Of a DNA stretch of 32,000 bases, positions 1 to 6,363 are shown piece after piece. Where the stretch lies: the NCBI GenBank assembly GCA_016205145.1, contig JACQJH010000001.1, forward strand, positions 570,001 through 602,000. The letters run 5' to 3'. Numbering within the stretch: position 1 is the stretch's first letter; each line of letters opens with the position of its first letter. The stretch is from Candidatus Iainarchaeum sp. (GTDB taxonomy: Archaea; Iainarchaeota; Iainarchaeia; Iainarchaeales; JACQJH01). Position numbers and translations under genes: made by a program. Under the pieces are notes generated by a model. It was given only the letters and a program-made list of their open reading frames with translations, searched no databases and had not been told where the DNA came from.

Positions 1-29
1 GATTAGTGCCTTTAGATTTCAATACGTCT

Positions 30-605
30 TCACCATCTGTCTATCTCGGTTATCTTCAGCTCTTTTGCGCGCAAATAGATTTTTTCTGTCACAATTAGGT
101 CGTGTTCCAAGTATGTTTTGATTTTGGCGTGGTTTCCGGCCCAGAATTCTTCTGCGACCATGCTTCCGTCCATTTCGTAGTCGTGGAAGCCGAGAAAGGC
201 CGCGAATTCTTTGAGTGTTCCGCGCACGTTGCCGTATTTGTAGGCTGAAAGCTTTTCGCGCAAGTCGATTGTTTCCTTCAAGGTGAAGGGTTCGATTGCA
301 ACGTTGTTGACAAAGCTTCTTGTGACGAGAAACGGCAAATCGAAGTTTTTGAGGTTGAAGCCCACTATTTTGAAGTTGCGATGCAGTTTTTTAAAAGCGC
401 TGATTTCCTGCCAGAACGCTTCAAGCATGCTTTTTTCGCTTTCATCCATGAGAATGGTTGTCTTGGCGCCGTGCTTCAGGCCGATTGCGGCAACCTTGGA
501 GTCGATGGGGTTCAACAGTTTTTTGCGCTCGGAGTCGTTTTCAACGCCCAAATACTGTTCCTTGTCGCAGGGAATTGTTTCAGTGTCCACGATTATGTAG
601 TCCAT
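30..605 (-). CDS. stand-alone DEDDy 3'-5' exonuclease, PolB-exonuclease-like (RNase H-like fold)
   Basis: 191-aa ORF. Exo I 'IIVDTET', Exo II 'GFNLKNFDLPFL' and Exo III 'YLEHDLIV' occur in the expected order. The overall pattern matches my recollection of the 'predicted exonuclease related to PolB exo domain' family. TTTAAAA box lies 25 nt upstream of the ATG. Confidence 0.7.
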   Translation of the reverse strand: MDYIIVDTETIPCDKEQYLGVENDSERKKLLNPIDSKVAAIGLKHGAKTTILMDESEKSMLEAFWQEISAFKKLHRNFKIVGFNLKNFDLPFLVTRSFVNNVAIEPFTLKETIDLREKLSAYKYGNVRGTLKEFAAFLGFHDYEMDGSMVAEEFWAGNHAKIKTYLEHDLIVTEKIYLRAKELKITEIDRW

Positions 606-630
606 AAGGATGGGTTTTGCGGAAAACTGC

Positions 631-637
631 TTTTAAA
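631..637 (-). promoter_or_regulatory. TATA-like box (TTTAAAA) for the exonuclease gene
   Basis: A/T box 25 nt upstream of the ATG at 605, in an otherwise G+C-richer spacer. Confidence 0.45.
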
Positions 638-675
638 GGGTTTCAGGGGAGGTTTCCCTTGATTTTGCCGCCGGT

Positions 676-954
676 TTATTTTTTGTAGATGCTGTCGTGA
701 TGGTCGTAGTCTTCCACTATGACTGTTTTCCGGTTTTCGTCGATTGAGTAGATTAAAACGAACGGGCCATGGGCATGAACTCTTCTCAGGCCGTGCATTG
801 GCTTTTTCAGCGGCTTGAAATTGTATGGGTTTTCGAGTATTTGCCTAAGCTTTTTCTTGATTGCCTTTTCCTGTTCCGGGTCGCGTTTCGCGGCTTTTTC
901 AAATGCCCTTTCAACGTGTTCAAGGACTTCAAGGCTGTATGGCAATAAAATCAT
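676..954 (-). CDS. archaeal RelE/ParE-family toxin
   Basis: 92 aa. RelE-like C-terminal half 'GLRRVHAHGPFVLIYSIDENRKTVIVEDYDHHDSIYKK'. ATGA start/stop overlap with the upstream small ORF. Confidence 0.72.
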   Translation of the reverse strand: MILLPYSLEVLEHVERAFEKAAKRDPEQEKAIKKKLRQILENPYNFKPLKKPMHGLRRVHAHGPFVLIYSIDENRKTVIVEDYDHHDSIYKK

Positions 955-1193
955 CTTTTGCGCAGGTTTTCAAAGTATTCGTCAATGTTTTCAACCCGCA
1001 CGGCTTTTTCTTTTTTTGCCTTTTTCATCCTTTCGACGAAGTCCGGCCTGAGTTCTGGCTCAAGCACTTCTTTGTCGTATTCTTCGGCCAGCTTGTTGAT
1101 TGCCTCGCTCTTGTCGTTCAGGCCATACTTTGCCTTGACAATGTTGATTACGCGGTTGGCTCGGTCGTCAAGCTTTACAATGGCGGTAGGCAT
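951..1193 (-). CDS. antitoxin-like protein (DUF2683-like) paired with RelE
   Basis: 80 aa. 'RANRVINIVKAKYGLNDKSEAINKL' matches my recollection of the archaeal DUF2683 family. 4-nt overlap with the toxin ORF. Confidence 0.65.
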   Translation of the reverse strand: MPTAIVKLDDRANRVINIVKAKYGLNDKSEAINKLAEEYDKEVLEPELRPDFVERMKKAKKEKAVRVENIDEYFENLRKR

Positions 1194-1227
1194 ATTATTC
1201 TCATATTAATGTGGCATTAATTCAATA

Positions 1228-1449
1228 TTAAAGCGTATTGTTTTGGCAAAATGCCAGTTCTTCCGGTTCGGCGTGCTTCACGTACAGTTCTGTTGCCTCT
1301 TTGAGGTTTGCCAAGGCCTTTTCAACGGTTTTGCCCTGGCTTACGACGCCCAATTCTATGCAGTGCGCCACGAAAAAGTCGTCTTCCTTTTCAACAACCG
1401 CGGTCAGCTTGAACATGCCTTGTCCCGATAGAACATTGTCGCGTTCCAT
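1228..1449 (-). CDS. HicB-like (UPF0150) antitoxin-fold protein, no cognate HicA
   Basis: 73 aa. 'FKLTAVVEKEDDFFVAHCIELGVVSQGKTVEKALANLKEATELYV' is the typical HicB N-terminal domain pattern. No DNA-binding extension and no HicA-sized ORF on either side. Confidence 0.68.
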   Translation of the reverse strand: MERDNVLSGQGMFKLTAVVEKEDDFFVAHCIELGVVSQGKTVEKALANLKEATELYVKHAEPEELAFCQNNTL

Positions 1450-1482
1450 ATTTAAACGGTTTTTGGGACCCTTTCCATGGAT

Positions 1483-1761
1483 TCACTTGTATGCGTGGTC
1501 GTGGTGCGCGAATTTGTCGAAGAGTATGAAGTTTTCTTTTTTGAAGACTTTGAACAGCAGGACAAAGTGCTTTCCTATGTGGACGCGCTTGTATTCGCTC
1601 AGGCCGTGCCTGAGGTTTTTGTAGTGTTCTATTGCATATTCGTCTGAGGCGATTATTTCCCTGACTTTTTTGTTGAGCATTTCAGCGAGTTTTTTGTCCC
1701 TTTTCGCCAGGACCGGGATTTCGGCTTTCAGCTCGTCGGAAAAGTCGAAAGAAAACGCCAA
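1483..1761 (-). CDS. archaeal RelE/ParE-family toxin (paralog of 676..954)
   Basis: 92 aa. 'YKRVHIGKHFVLLFKVFKKENFILFDKFAHHDHAYK' has the same C-terminal HHD..YK ending as the first copy. The only start available is TTG at 1761, 2 nt after the antitoxin stop. Confidence 0.68.
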   Translation of the reverse strand: MAFSFDFSDELKAEIPVLAKRDKKLAEMLNKKVREIIASDEYAIEHYKNLRHGLSEYKRVHIGKHFVLLFKVFKKENFILFDKFAHHDHAYK

Positions 1762-1763
1762 GT

Positions 1764-2027
1764 TTAATCGCCCCTGAATAGCCTGTCAAGTTCCTTGGCG
1801 GTCATTGACCTGAAACCGTATTTTTTGATGTGCCTTTCGCATGATTCTATGACTTCCTTGACGAACTCCTCTTTCGGCTCCCTTTCCACGAATTCGTCGC
1901 CGAACATTTCGGCAAACTTGCTGAGCGCCTGGCCCTTGTCCTTGAGGCCGTATTTTTCCTTTATCACGCCCAAAACCCTGTTTGAATAATCGCTTGACCG
2001 CATGTTCATGGTAACCGTTTTTCCCAT
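1764..2027 (-). CDS. antitoxin-like protein (DUF2683-like; paralog of 951..1193)
   Basis: 'SNRVLGVIKEKYGLKDKGQALSKF' aligns with 'ANRVINIVKAKYGLNDKSEAINKL'. Start moved from 2042 to the internal ATG at 2027: AGGTGG sits just upstream, and the TATA box at 2059-2066 would place the TSS downstream of 2042. Confidence 0.62.
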   Translation of the reverse strand: MGKTVTMNMRSSDYSNRVLGVIKEKYGLKDKGQALSKFAEMFGDEFVEREPKEEFVKEVIESCERHIKKYGFRSMTAKELDRLFRGD

Positions 2028-2058
2028 TAGACCACCTAACATAAACTTAGGCGGGCTA

Positions 2059-2066
2059 ATTTAAAA
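2059..2066 (-). promoter_or_regulatory. TATA-like box (TTTTAAAT) for the second antitoxin/RelE operon
   Basis: 31 nt upstream of the ATG at 2027. Confidence 0.4.
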
Positions 2067-2144
2067 GGCTTTTGCAAAACGCAAAGCCCGGCATACTTGG
2101 GTTTTCCGGCTTTAAGGCGGTTTTGGAGGCGCGTTTCCCGTGAA

Positions 2145-2546
2145 TTATTGTTCGAGCATTTCAATCAGCTTTCTTGGCGCGATTATTTGTATGTTCCCGA
2201 ATTTTTCGAATTTGAGGAGGTGCCGGTCGCCGGAAACGATGAAATCGGCGTTTCCTTCCACGGCGGCCTCGATTATTTTGTTGTCTTCGGGGTCGGCTTT
2301 TACCGCGTCAATCGGTTTTGTGGGAAAAACAACCAGTGAAAACCGGCGCACCCACTTTGCGCCCTCTTTCGCCCTTTCCGGGCTTTGCCTGAAATCCCTT
2401 TTCAGTATCCCCTCATATTCGTTCAGAATTTCAACGGATGTAATTGAAATTATTTCTCCGTGTGTTGCAAATTCGGTTGCCATTTTGGATGGGCCGTCCC
2501 AGAAGGAAGCGGACACGAGGACGTTTGTGTCAAAAACTACCCTCAT
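2145..2546 (-). CDS. PIN-domain ribonuclease toxin
   Basis: 133 aa. N-terminal 'VVFDTNVLVSA' and C-terminal 'DNKIIEAAVEGNADFIVSGDRHLL' are PIN acidic motifs. ATGA overlap with the upstream AbrB-type ORF. Confidence 0.85.
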   Translation of the reverse strand: MRVVFDTNVLVSASFWDGPSKMATEFATHGEIISITSVEILNEYEGILKRDFRQSPERAKEGAKWVRRFSLVVFPTKPIDAVKADPEDNKIIEAAVEGNADFIVSGDRHLLKFEKFGNIQIIAPRKLIEMLEQ

Positions 2547-2827
2547 TGCTTCCGCCCTCTGGCATAATGGATTATTTTGTCGACGTCCTTTTCCTTTATG
2601 CCGAGCTTTTTCACGATCTTTTGGCCTTCCGCATTAAATTTGCGCCAGCCGGCAATGATTTCCTCCCTTGAAGGCTTTTTTATGCGCTTCAGGATAAGGG
2701 AATCGCCGCTTCTCGCTATGGCAAAGGCTTCGCCTTCGGAAAGGCGCATCTCATTCCTTAAACTTTGGGGAATGACTATCTGCCCGCGCGAACTCATTTT
2801 GGTCATTTCGACTTCTGCCAAGGGCAT
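2543..2827 (-). CDS. AbrB/SpoVT/MazE-family antitoxin
   Basis: 'MSSRGQIVIPQSLRNEMRLSEGEAFAI' is a swapped-hairpin AbrB motif. The track ORF starts at 2914; I prefer ATG 2827 (TTATTAA box about 30 nt upstream). Alternative ATGs at 2806 and 2797 cannot be excluded. Confidence 0.75.
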   Translation of the reverse strand: MPLAEVEMTKMSSRGQIVIPQSLRNEMRLSEGEAFAIARSGDSLILKRIKKPSREEIIAGWRKFNAEGQKIVKKLGIKEKDVDKIIHYARGRKQ

Positions 2828-2834
2828 CACCTCC

Positions 2835-2888
2835 AATAAGATGGTGCCGGCACGGCTTAATAAGTTTTGCGGAAAATAAGAAAATAAG
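2835..2888 (-). promoter_or_regulatory. four direct CTTATT hexamers (plus strand AATAAG) in the abrB-PIN promoter; candidate operator/TATA region
   Basis: AATAAG at 2835, 2859, 2875 and 2883. Spacings are 24, 16 and 8 nt. All lie immediately upstream of the ATG at 2827. Confidence 0.4.
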
Positions 2889-3052
2889 ATTTTGCCGCGC
2901 TTTTGGGTGTTCATGCAATGATTGCCGCTTTCAGGCTTTTAACCGGTTTTGCAAGTGCGTTTCCCTTGACTGCCTTATGGCTTATGCGGGTAATCTCTTG
3001 GCATCCGGCGGTTTCAAAAGGCGGATTGGGTGCTGCCGGATGGCTTGGCGGC

Positions 3053-5218
3053 TTATGGCGAGGTAATCGTTATGCGTGCCGACAGGTTTTCGGGCGCCGG
3101 GCCGATGGTTATCGCCATCTGCTGCTGGTCGCCGAATGAACCGGTATTCGTTGTGTCGGTCATGGTTACCGCGCCTGAACCGGGCGCGCCGTCAACGTAC
3201 GTTGCTTGCGGCGGGCCGTATTTTTGCTGGTTGGAAACGTTCAACGCAACGCCTTGGCCGGAAGCGGTCTGGGTCAGCATGACGGTTTGCGTGTACGAAA
3301 CGTTGTTTGACATGTCCAGAACGAAAACCTTTGACTCGCCTGAGTTAAGCGAAAAGTTGGTTTCGCCAATGCCGATTGGCTGCGAGCCGTTGCCTGTCGC
3401 GCTTGTGAACGCTTCCTTCAAATGGTAGTCTTTTGAAACGCAGCTTTGGGTTCCGGTTTCAGTCAGGGCCGGCCTGTTGTTTGTCGTGCCGCACGAATTC
3501 GCGTCGGTGCAGGTTTTTGTCCTCGTCCTTGACTGCGAGCTGTTTGAGCATTCGCCCCAGTTGCTCCACGCGCCGAATTCGCCGCATGTCCAGCTTTCAG
3601 TGCAGGAAACCGCGTCTCCGCATGCCTGGCTTCTCGGCTCGGTTGTCGCGGGCTTGTTTGCCTCGGTTTCGCATAAATTGTTGTCCTGGCAGATTCTTGT
3701 TGCAGTGCCGGTCTGGTTTCCGTTTGAGCACGCGCCCCAGCTGACGCTCCATTCTCCGCACTGCCAGTCTTCCGTGCAGTCCTCGCTTTGTTCGGTGCAG
3801 GAAACTTCCTTGAATTCGAAGTCCTCGGGCTTGTTTGCGCTTGTGCCGCAGTCGTTGGCATCGGTGCAGTCCCTTGACCTGAAATCGTTGCGTTTCCCGT
3901 TTTGGCAGATGCCTTTATGCCATGAAGTCCACTCGTTGCAGCTCCAGTCTTCCGAGCATTTTCCTGTTGGATCCGAGGTTTTTCCTCCGGTTGGGTCGAC
4001 TATAACCTTGCCCGTGCCGTCGCCTGAAACTCCGATGGTCCAGTTGCCTGCGGATGTGATGTCGCATTCTTTTGGCGGTTCGGGTTTCGGCGGCAGGCAT
4101 TTGACATAGGTTTTTTCAACGCAGTTGAAAGTGTAGCCTACTGTGCTGCCCCATTGGGAATCTGTGCGCCGCGCGCAGTATTCAAGCGGCTTTTCGATTT
4201 TCGTGACAATCGTCTTTTCCGGGCAGGTGGAAGGGCATTGCACGTTTTCCGCGTTGTCCTCCGCCATTTTGCGCGAGTTCAGGCACAGTTCGCCCCAGTC
4301 GATTTTTTGCCGCTGGTCTTCGGAGCACTCGCCGTTGTAGTAGACCGGCAGGCCCTTGTATTTTTCGGTTGCGGGAATGCCAAGGTCGATAAGCGTTACG
4401 GTCGAGCCGCTGATTTCGTTTATGGGAACGCCCAGGTACAGGGATGCGCATTTCAGGTTTTCGGTTGAAACCGGCAGAGTCTGAATCGTCGGCCTGTCAA
4501 AAATGTACGTTGCCGAGTTGACGGTTATGCCGTCGCCTGGCGTGGCCGGAATGATTGTTCTCGAAGCGGCCTGCAGGAACGCTGTTCCGGCCAGGGAATT
4601 TCCCGCAACGCTTTGTTTTGGCGAGGCGGCCGCGGAATTGGAGGAGCCGCAGATTCCGAAAGTCGTTTCGCCGACGCCGTTTGCTCCCGTTGTCACGCTT
4701 TTTGCGCCGGCAAGCGAGGCGCCCGCGCCTGACGACAATTCAACCTGATAGGTTTTGCCGGGCTCGCCCAGGACAATGACCTGGAATTCGGTGGGCGTTG
4801 ATGAAAGGCTTAAAGGCTTGCCCAAAAACTTGTGCCCTGACAGCGAGCCGTTCTTTGCGAATTGCAATACTGTTCCCGAATTTCCGGAGAACGACTCTTC
4901 AACCAGTGGAATGCCAACTGCCTTGTGGCTTTCGTCGAACTTTTCAGCCTGGAGTTCTTCGGCTGTTTTGTCGTTTGTCGGGCCGATATTGCCTTGTTCT
5001 TCTCCGCTGCTGCCGGTTTCGGTTTTTTTCCCGGCCGCGCTTTTTTCGCCTGAAACTTTTTTTTCAGCGGTTTTTTCCGTTGCGGGCTTTTCGCCTGATT
5101 TCTGCAGATCCTTTGCGGCATCTTCGGCCTGCTTTTTCAGGGATTCAGTGCAACCGGCGAGAAGAAGAAGCGCGAATGCAAGCGCAAGCAAAGCCAGAAG
5201 TTTGCCTTTCCGGTTCAT
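3053..5218 (-). CDS. large secreted Cys-rich lipobox protein with three TSP1-like repeats
   Basis: Start set at 'MNRKGKLLALLALAFALLLLAGC' (signal peptide plus lipobox), not at track position 5347. TTAAATA box 28 nt upstream. Lys/Glu-rich linker, then about 35 Cys in the mature part. Confidence 0.8.
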   Translation of the reverse strand: MNRKGKLLALLALAFALLLLAGCTESLKKQAEDAAKDLQKSGEKPATEKTAEKKVSGEKSAAGKKTETGSSGEEQGNIGPTNDKTAEELQAEKFDESHKAVGIPLVEESFSGNSGTVLQFAKNGSLSGHKFLGKPLSLSSTPTEFQVIVLGEPGKTYQVELSSGAGASLAGAKSVTTGANGVGETTFGICGSSNSAAASPKQSVAGNSLAGTAFLQAASRTIIPATPGDGITVNSATYIFDRPTIQTLPVSTENLKCASLYLGVPINEISGSTVTLIDLGIPATEKYKGLPVYYNGECSEDQRQKIDWGELCLNSRKMAEDNAENVQCPSTCPEKTIVTKIEKPLEYCARRTDSQWGSTVGYTFNCVEKTYVKCLPPKPEPPKECDITSAGNWTIGVSGDGTGKVIVDPTGGKTSDPTGKCSEDWSCNEWTSWHKGICQNGKRNDFRSRDCTDANDCGTSANKPEDFEFKEVSCTEQSEDCTEDWQCGEWSVSWGACSNGNQTGTATRICQDNNLCETEANKPATTEPRSQACGDAVSCTESWTCGEFGAWSNWGECSNSSQSRTRTKTCTDANSCGTTNNRPALTETGTQSCVSKDYHLKEAFTSATGNGSQPIGIGETNFSLNSGESKVFVLDMSNNVSYTQTVMLTQTASGQGVALNVSNQQKYGPPQATYVDGAPGSGAVTMTDTTNTGSFGDQQQMAITIGPAPENLSARITITSP
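3440..3958 (-). repeat. three tandem ~55-aa Cys/Trp repeats (thrombospondin type-1-like) inside the lipoprotein gene
   Basis: Repeat 1 is aa 464-517 (nt 3797-3958), repeat 2 is aa 524-576 (3620-3778), repeat 3 is aa 582-636 (3440-3604). Shared pattern: C-[ST]-E-[DS]-W-x-C-x-E-[WF]-x2-3-W-x2-3-C-x-N-...-R-x-C-x-D-x-N-x-C-x-T-x2-N-[KR]-P-...-C. Confidence 0.85.
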
Positions 5219-5246
5219 GGGTTTGTATTTGTTAGCGGCAAGGGCG

Positions 5247-5253
5247 TATTTAA
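5247..5253 (-). promoter_or_regulatory. TATA-like box (TTAAATA) for the Cys-rich lipoprotein gene
   Basis: 28 nt upstream of the ATG at 5218. Supports the shorter gene model. Confidence 0.45.
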
Positions 5254-5359
5254 GCGTTTTGTTCGCCTTTTTTGCATAACCCCGGCCGGCAGGGCACGGC
5301 CATTTTCCATGGAATTCGTGGCCGCGGCTGCAGGTTTTGGTTTTCATTCTGCATTTCCT

Positions 5360-5767
5360 TCATTTCCTGTGCATCTGCATCATGCCTGCAGTGTTGCCTT
5401 CTGTGTCCGTAAAAGACACGAATCTTCCGACGTTTGGAATGTCCATCGGCTCGCCCAAAACTTTTCCGCCGGCCTTTTCGACTGTTTTGATGTGCTCGTC
5501 GAGGTTGTCAACGCTTATGACAACCGACGGGTATTTTTGCGGGCTTGAGTTTTTCGGGAAAAAGCCGCCGTTGATTGCGCCCGGTTTCTTGGGACCGTTC
5601 TTGTCTGAATCGGTTGTCATTGCCAGGACATAGTTTCCCATGTCCTCGCCCAGCATTTCGGTTTTCCAGCCGAATGCTTTGGCGTAAAATTCCGCCATGC
5701 GCTTCCTGTCCTCTGCCGGCATTTCAAAATGTATGACGGGATTCATTTTCATTCCAACCATTCGCAT
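5360..5767 (-). CDS. VOC (glyoxalase/bleomycin-resistance/dioxygenase) family protein
   Basis: 135 aa. 'NPVIHFEMPAEDRKRMAEFYAKAFGWK' and 'IPNVGRFVSFTDTEGNTAGMMQ' are typical VOC beta-alpha-beta-beta-beta module ends. AAGGAG lies 3 nt before the ATG at 5767; a start at 5746-5752 is also possible. Confidence 0.8.
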   Translation of the reverse strand: MRMVGMKMNPVIHFEMPAEDRKRMAEFYAKAFGWKTEMLGEDMGNYVLAMTTDSDKNGPKKPGAINGGFFPKNSSPQKYPSVVISVDNLDEHIKTVEKAGGKVLGEPMDIPNVGRFVSFTDTEGNTAGMMQMHRK

Positions 5768-5795
5768 CAGCTCCTTTTTGGTCTTCCAATTTCCT

Positions 5796-6224
5796 TCAAT
5801 TTTTCCGTTTTTTCATTTCTTCCGGCATTTCGCCTTCGTCCATGTGAAAGATTTCCCATATGTGGCCGTCCAGGTCCTCGAAGTTCCTGCCGTACATCCA
5901 GCCGTGGTCTTGCGCCATGCCGAATTCCTTTCCGCCTGCTTTGATTGCATTTTCCACGATTTTGTCGACTTCCCCGCGCTTTTCCACGGCAATGCCGAGG
6001 AGCGCTTCCTTGCTTTTTGCGGAGTCGCAGATTTCTCTGCCCGGAATGAAGCCCTTGAAGAATTTTTCGGCCAAAAGCATGGCAAAAATGTTGTCGCCTA
6101 TCACTATGCATGTTGCGTTTTCGTCGGAAAACTCGGGCCTGAATGAAAAGCCGAGTTTTGTGAAAAATTCCTTCGTTCTGCCGACGTTTTTGACCGGAAT
6201 GTTGATGAAACTCTGCCTTGGCAT
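5796..6224 (-). CDS. VOC family protein (glyoxalase-like)
   Basis: 142 aa. 'INIPVKNVGRTKEFFTKLGF' and 'MYGRNFEDLDGHIWEIFHMD' are VOC-type motifs. In tandem with the preceding VOC gene. Confidence 0.8.
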   Translation of the reverse strand: MPRQSFINIPVKNVGRTKEFFTKLGFSFRPEFSDENATCIVIGDNIFAMLLAEKFFKGFIPGREICDSAKSKEALLGIAVEKRGEVDKIVENAIKAGGKEFGMAQDHGWMYGRNFEDLDGHIWEIFHMDEGEMPEEMKKRKN

Positions 6225-6332
6225 TTTTCAACCCCCGAAAAAGCAAAAGATGACATATGAGGCTGGTTTCATGTTTTTAAGTTTTTTTCCAGATTCGGCA
6301 ATGGATGCGACATGCGCCGCGATTCGGCAAGG

Positions 6333-6340
6333 AATAAATA
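6333..6340 (+). promoter_or_regulatory. TATA-like box (AATAAATA) for the DUF2207 gene
   Basis: 23 nt upstream of the ATG at 6364. Confidence 0.45.
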
Positions 6341-6363
6341 GGCATTCCGCCATCAATTTGTGG

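Noticed and set aside
2828-2834. GGAGGTG immediately abutting the ATG (also GGGGGTG before the ATG at 30348) as a Shine-Dalgarno site
   Set aside because: Spacing of 0-2 nt is too short for a conventional SD interaction. I noted it as a recurring motif but did not annotate it as an RBS.
3002-3042. Inverted repeat CATCCGGC ... GCCGGATG downstream of the Cys-rich lipoprotein gene as a terminator
   Set aside because: It has an 8-bp stem but a 25-nt loop and no following T-run on the transcribed (minus) strand, so it is too weak to annotate.
5219-5347. 43-codon upstream extension of the Cys-rich lipoprotein ('MKTKTCSRGHEFHGKWPCPAG...')
   Set aside because: The lipobox signal peptide starts at the internal Met (5218) and a TTAAATA box lies inside the extension, 28 nt upstream of that ATG. 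The CxxxH...CP pattern is too short to call a zinc motif.
5860-6363. N-terminal 168 codons of the 813-aa track ORF (5860..8301)
   Set aside because: This part runs antisense through the VOC gene at 5796..6224 and has no protein-like features. A signal-peptide start at 6364 with a TATA box 23 nt upstream gives the expected DUF2207 architecture.
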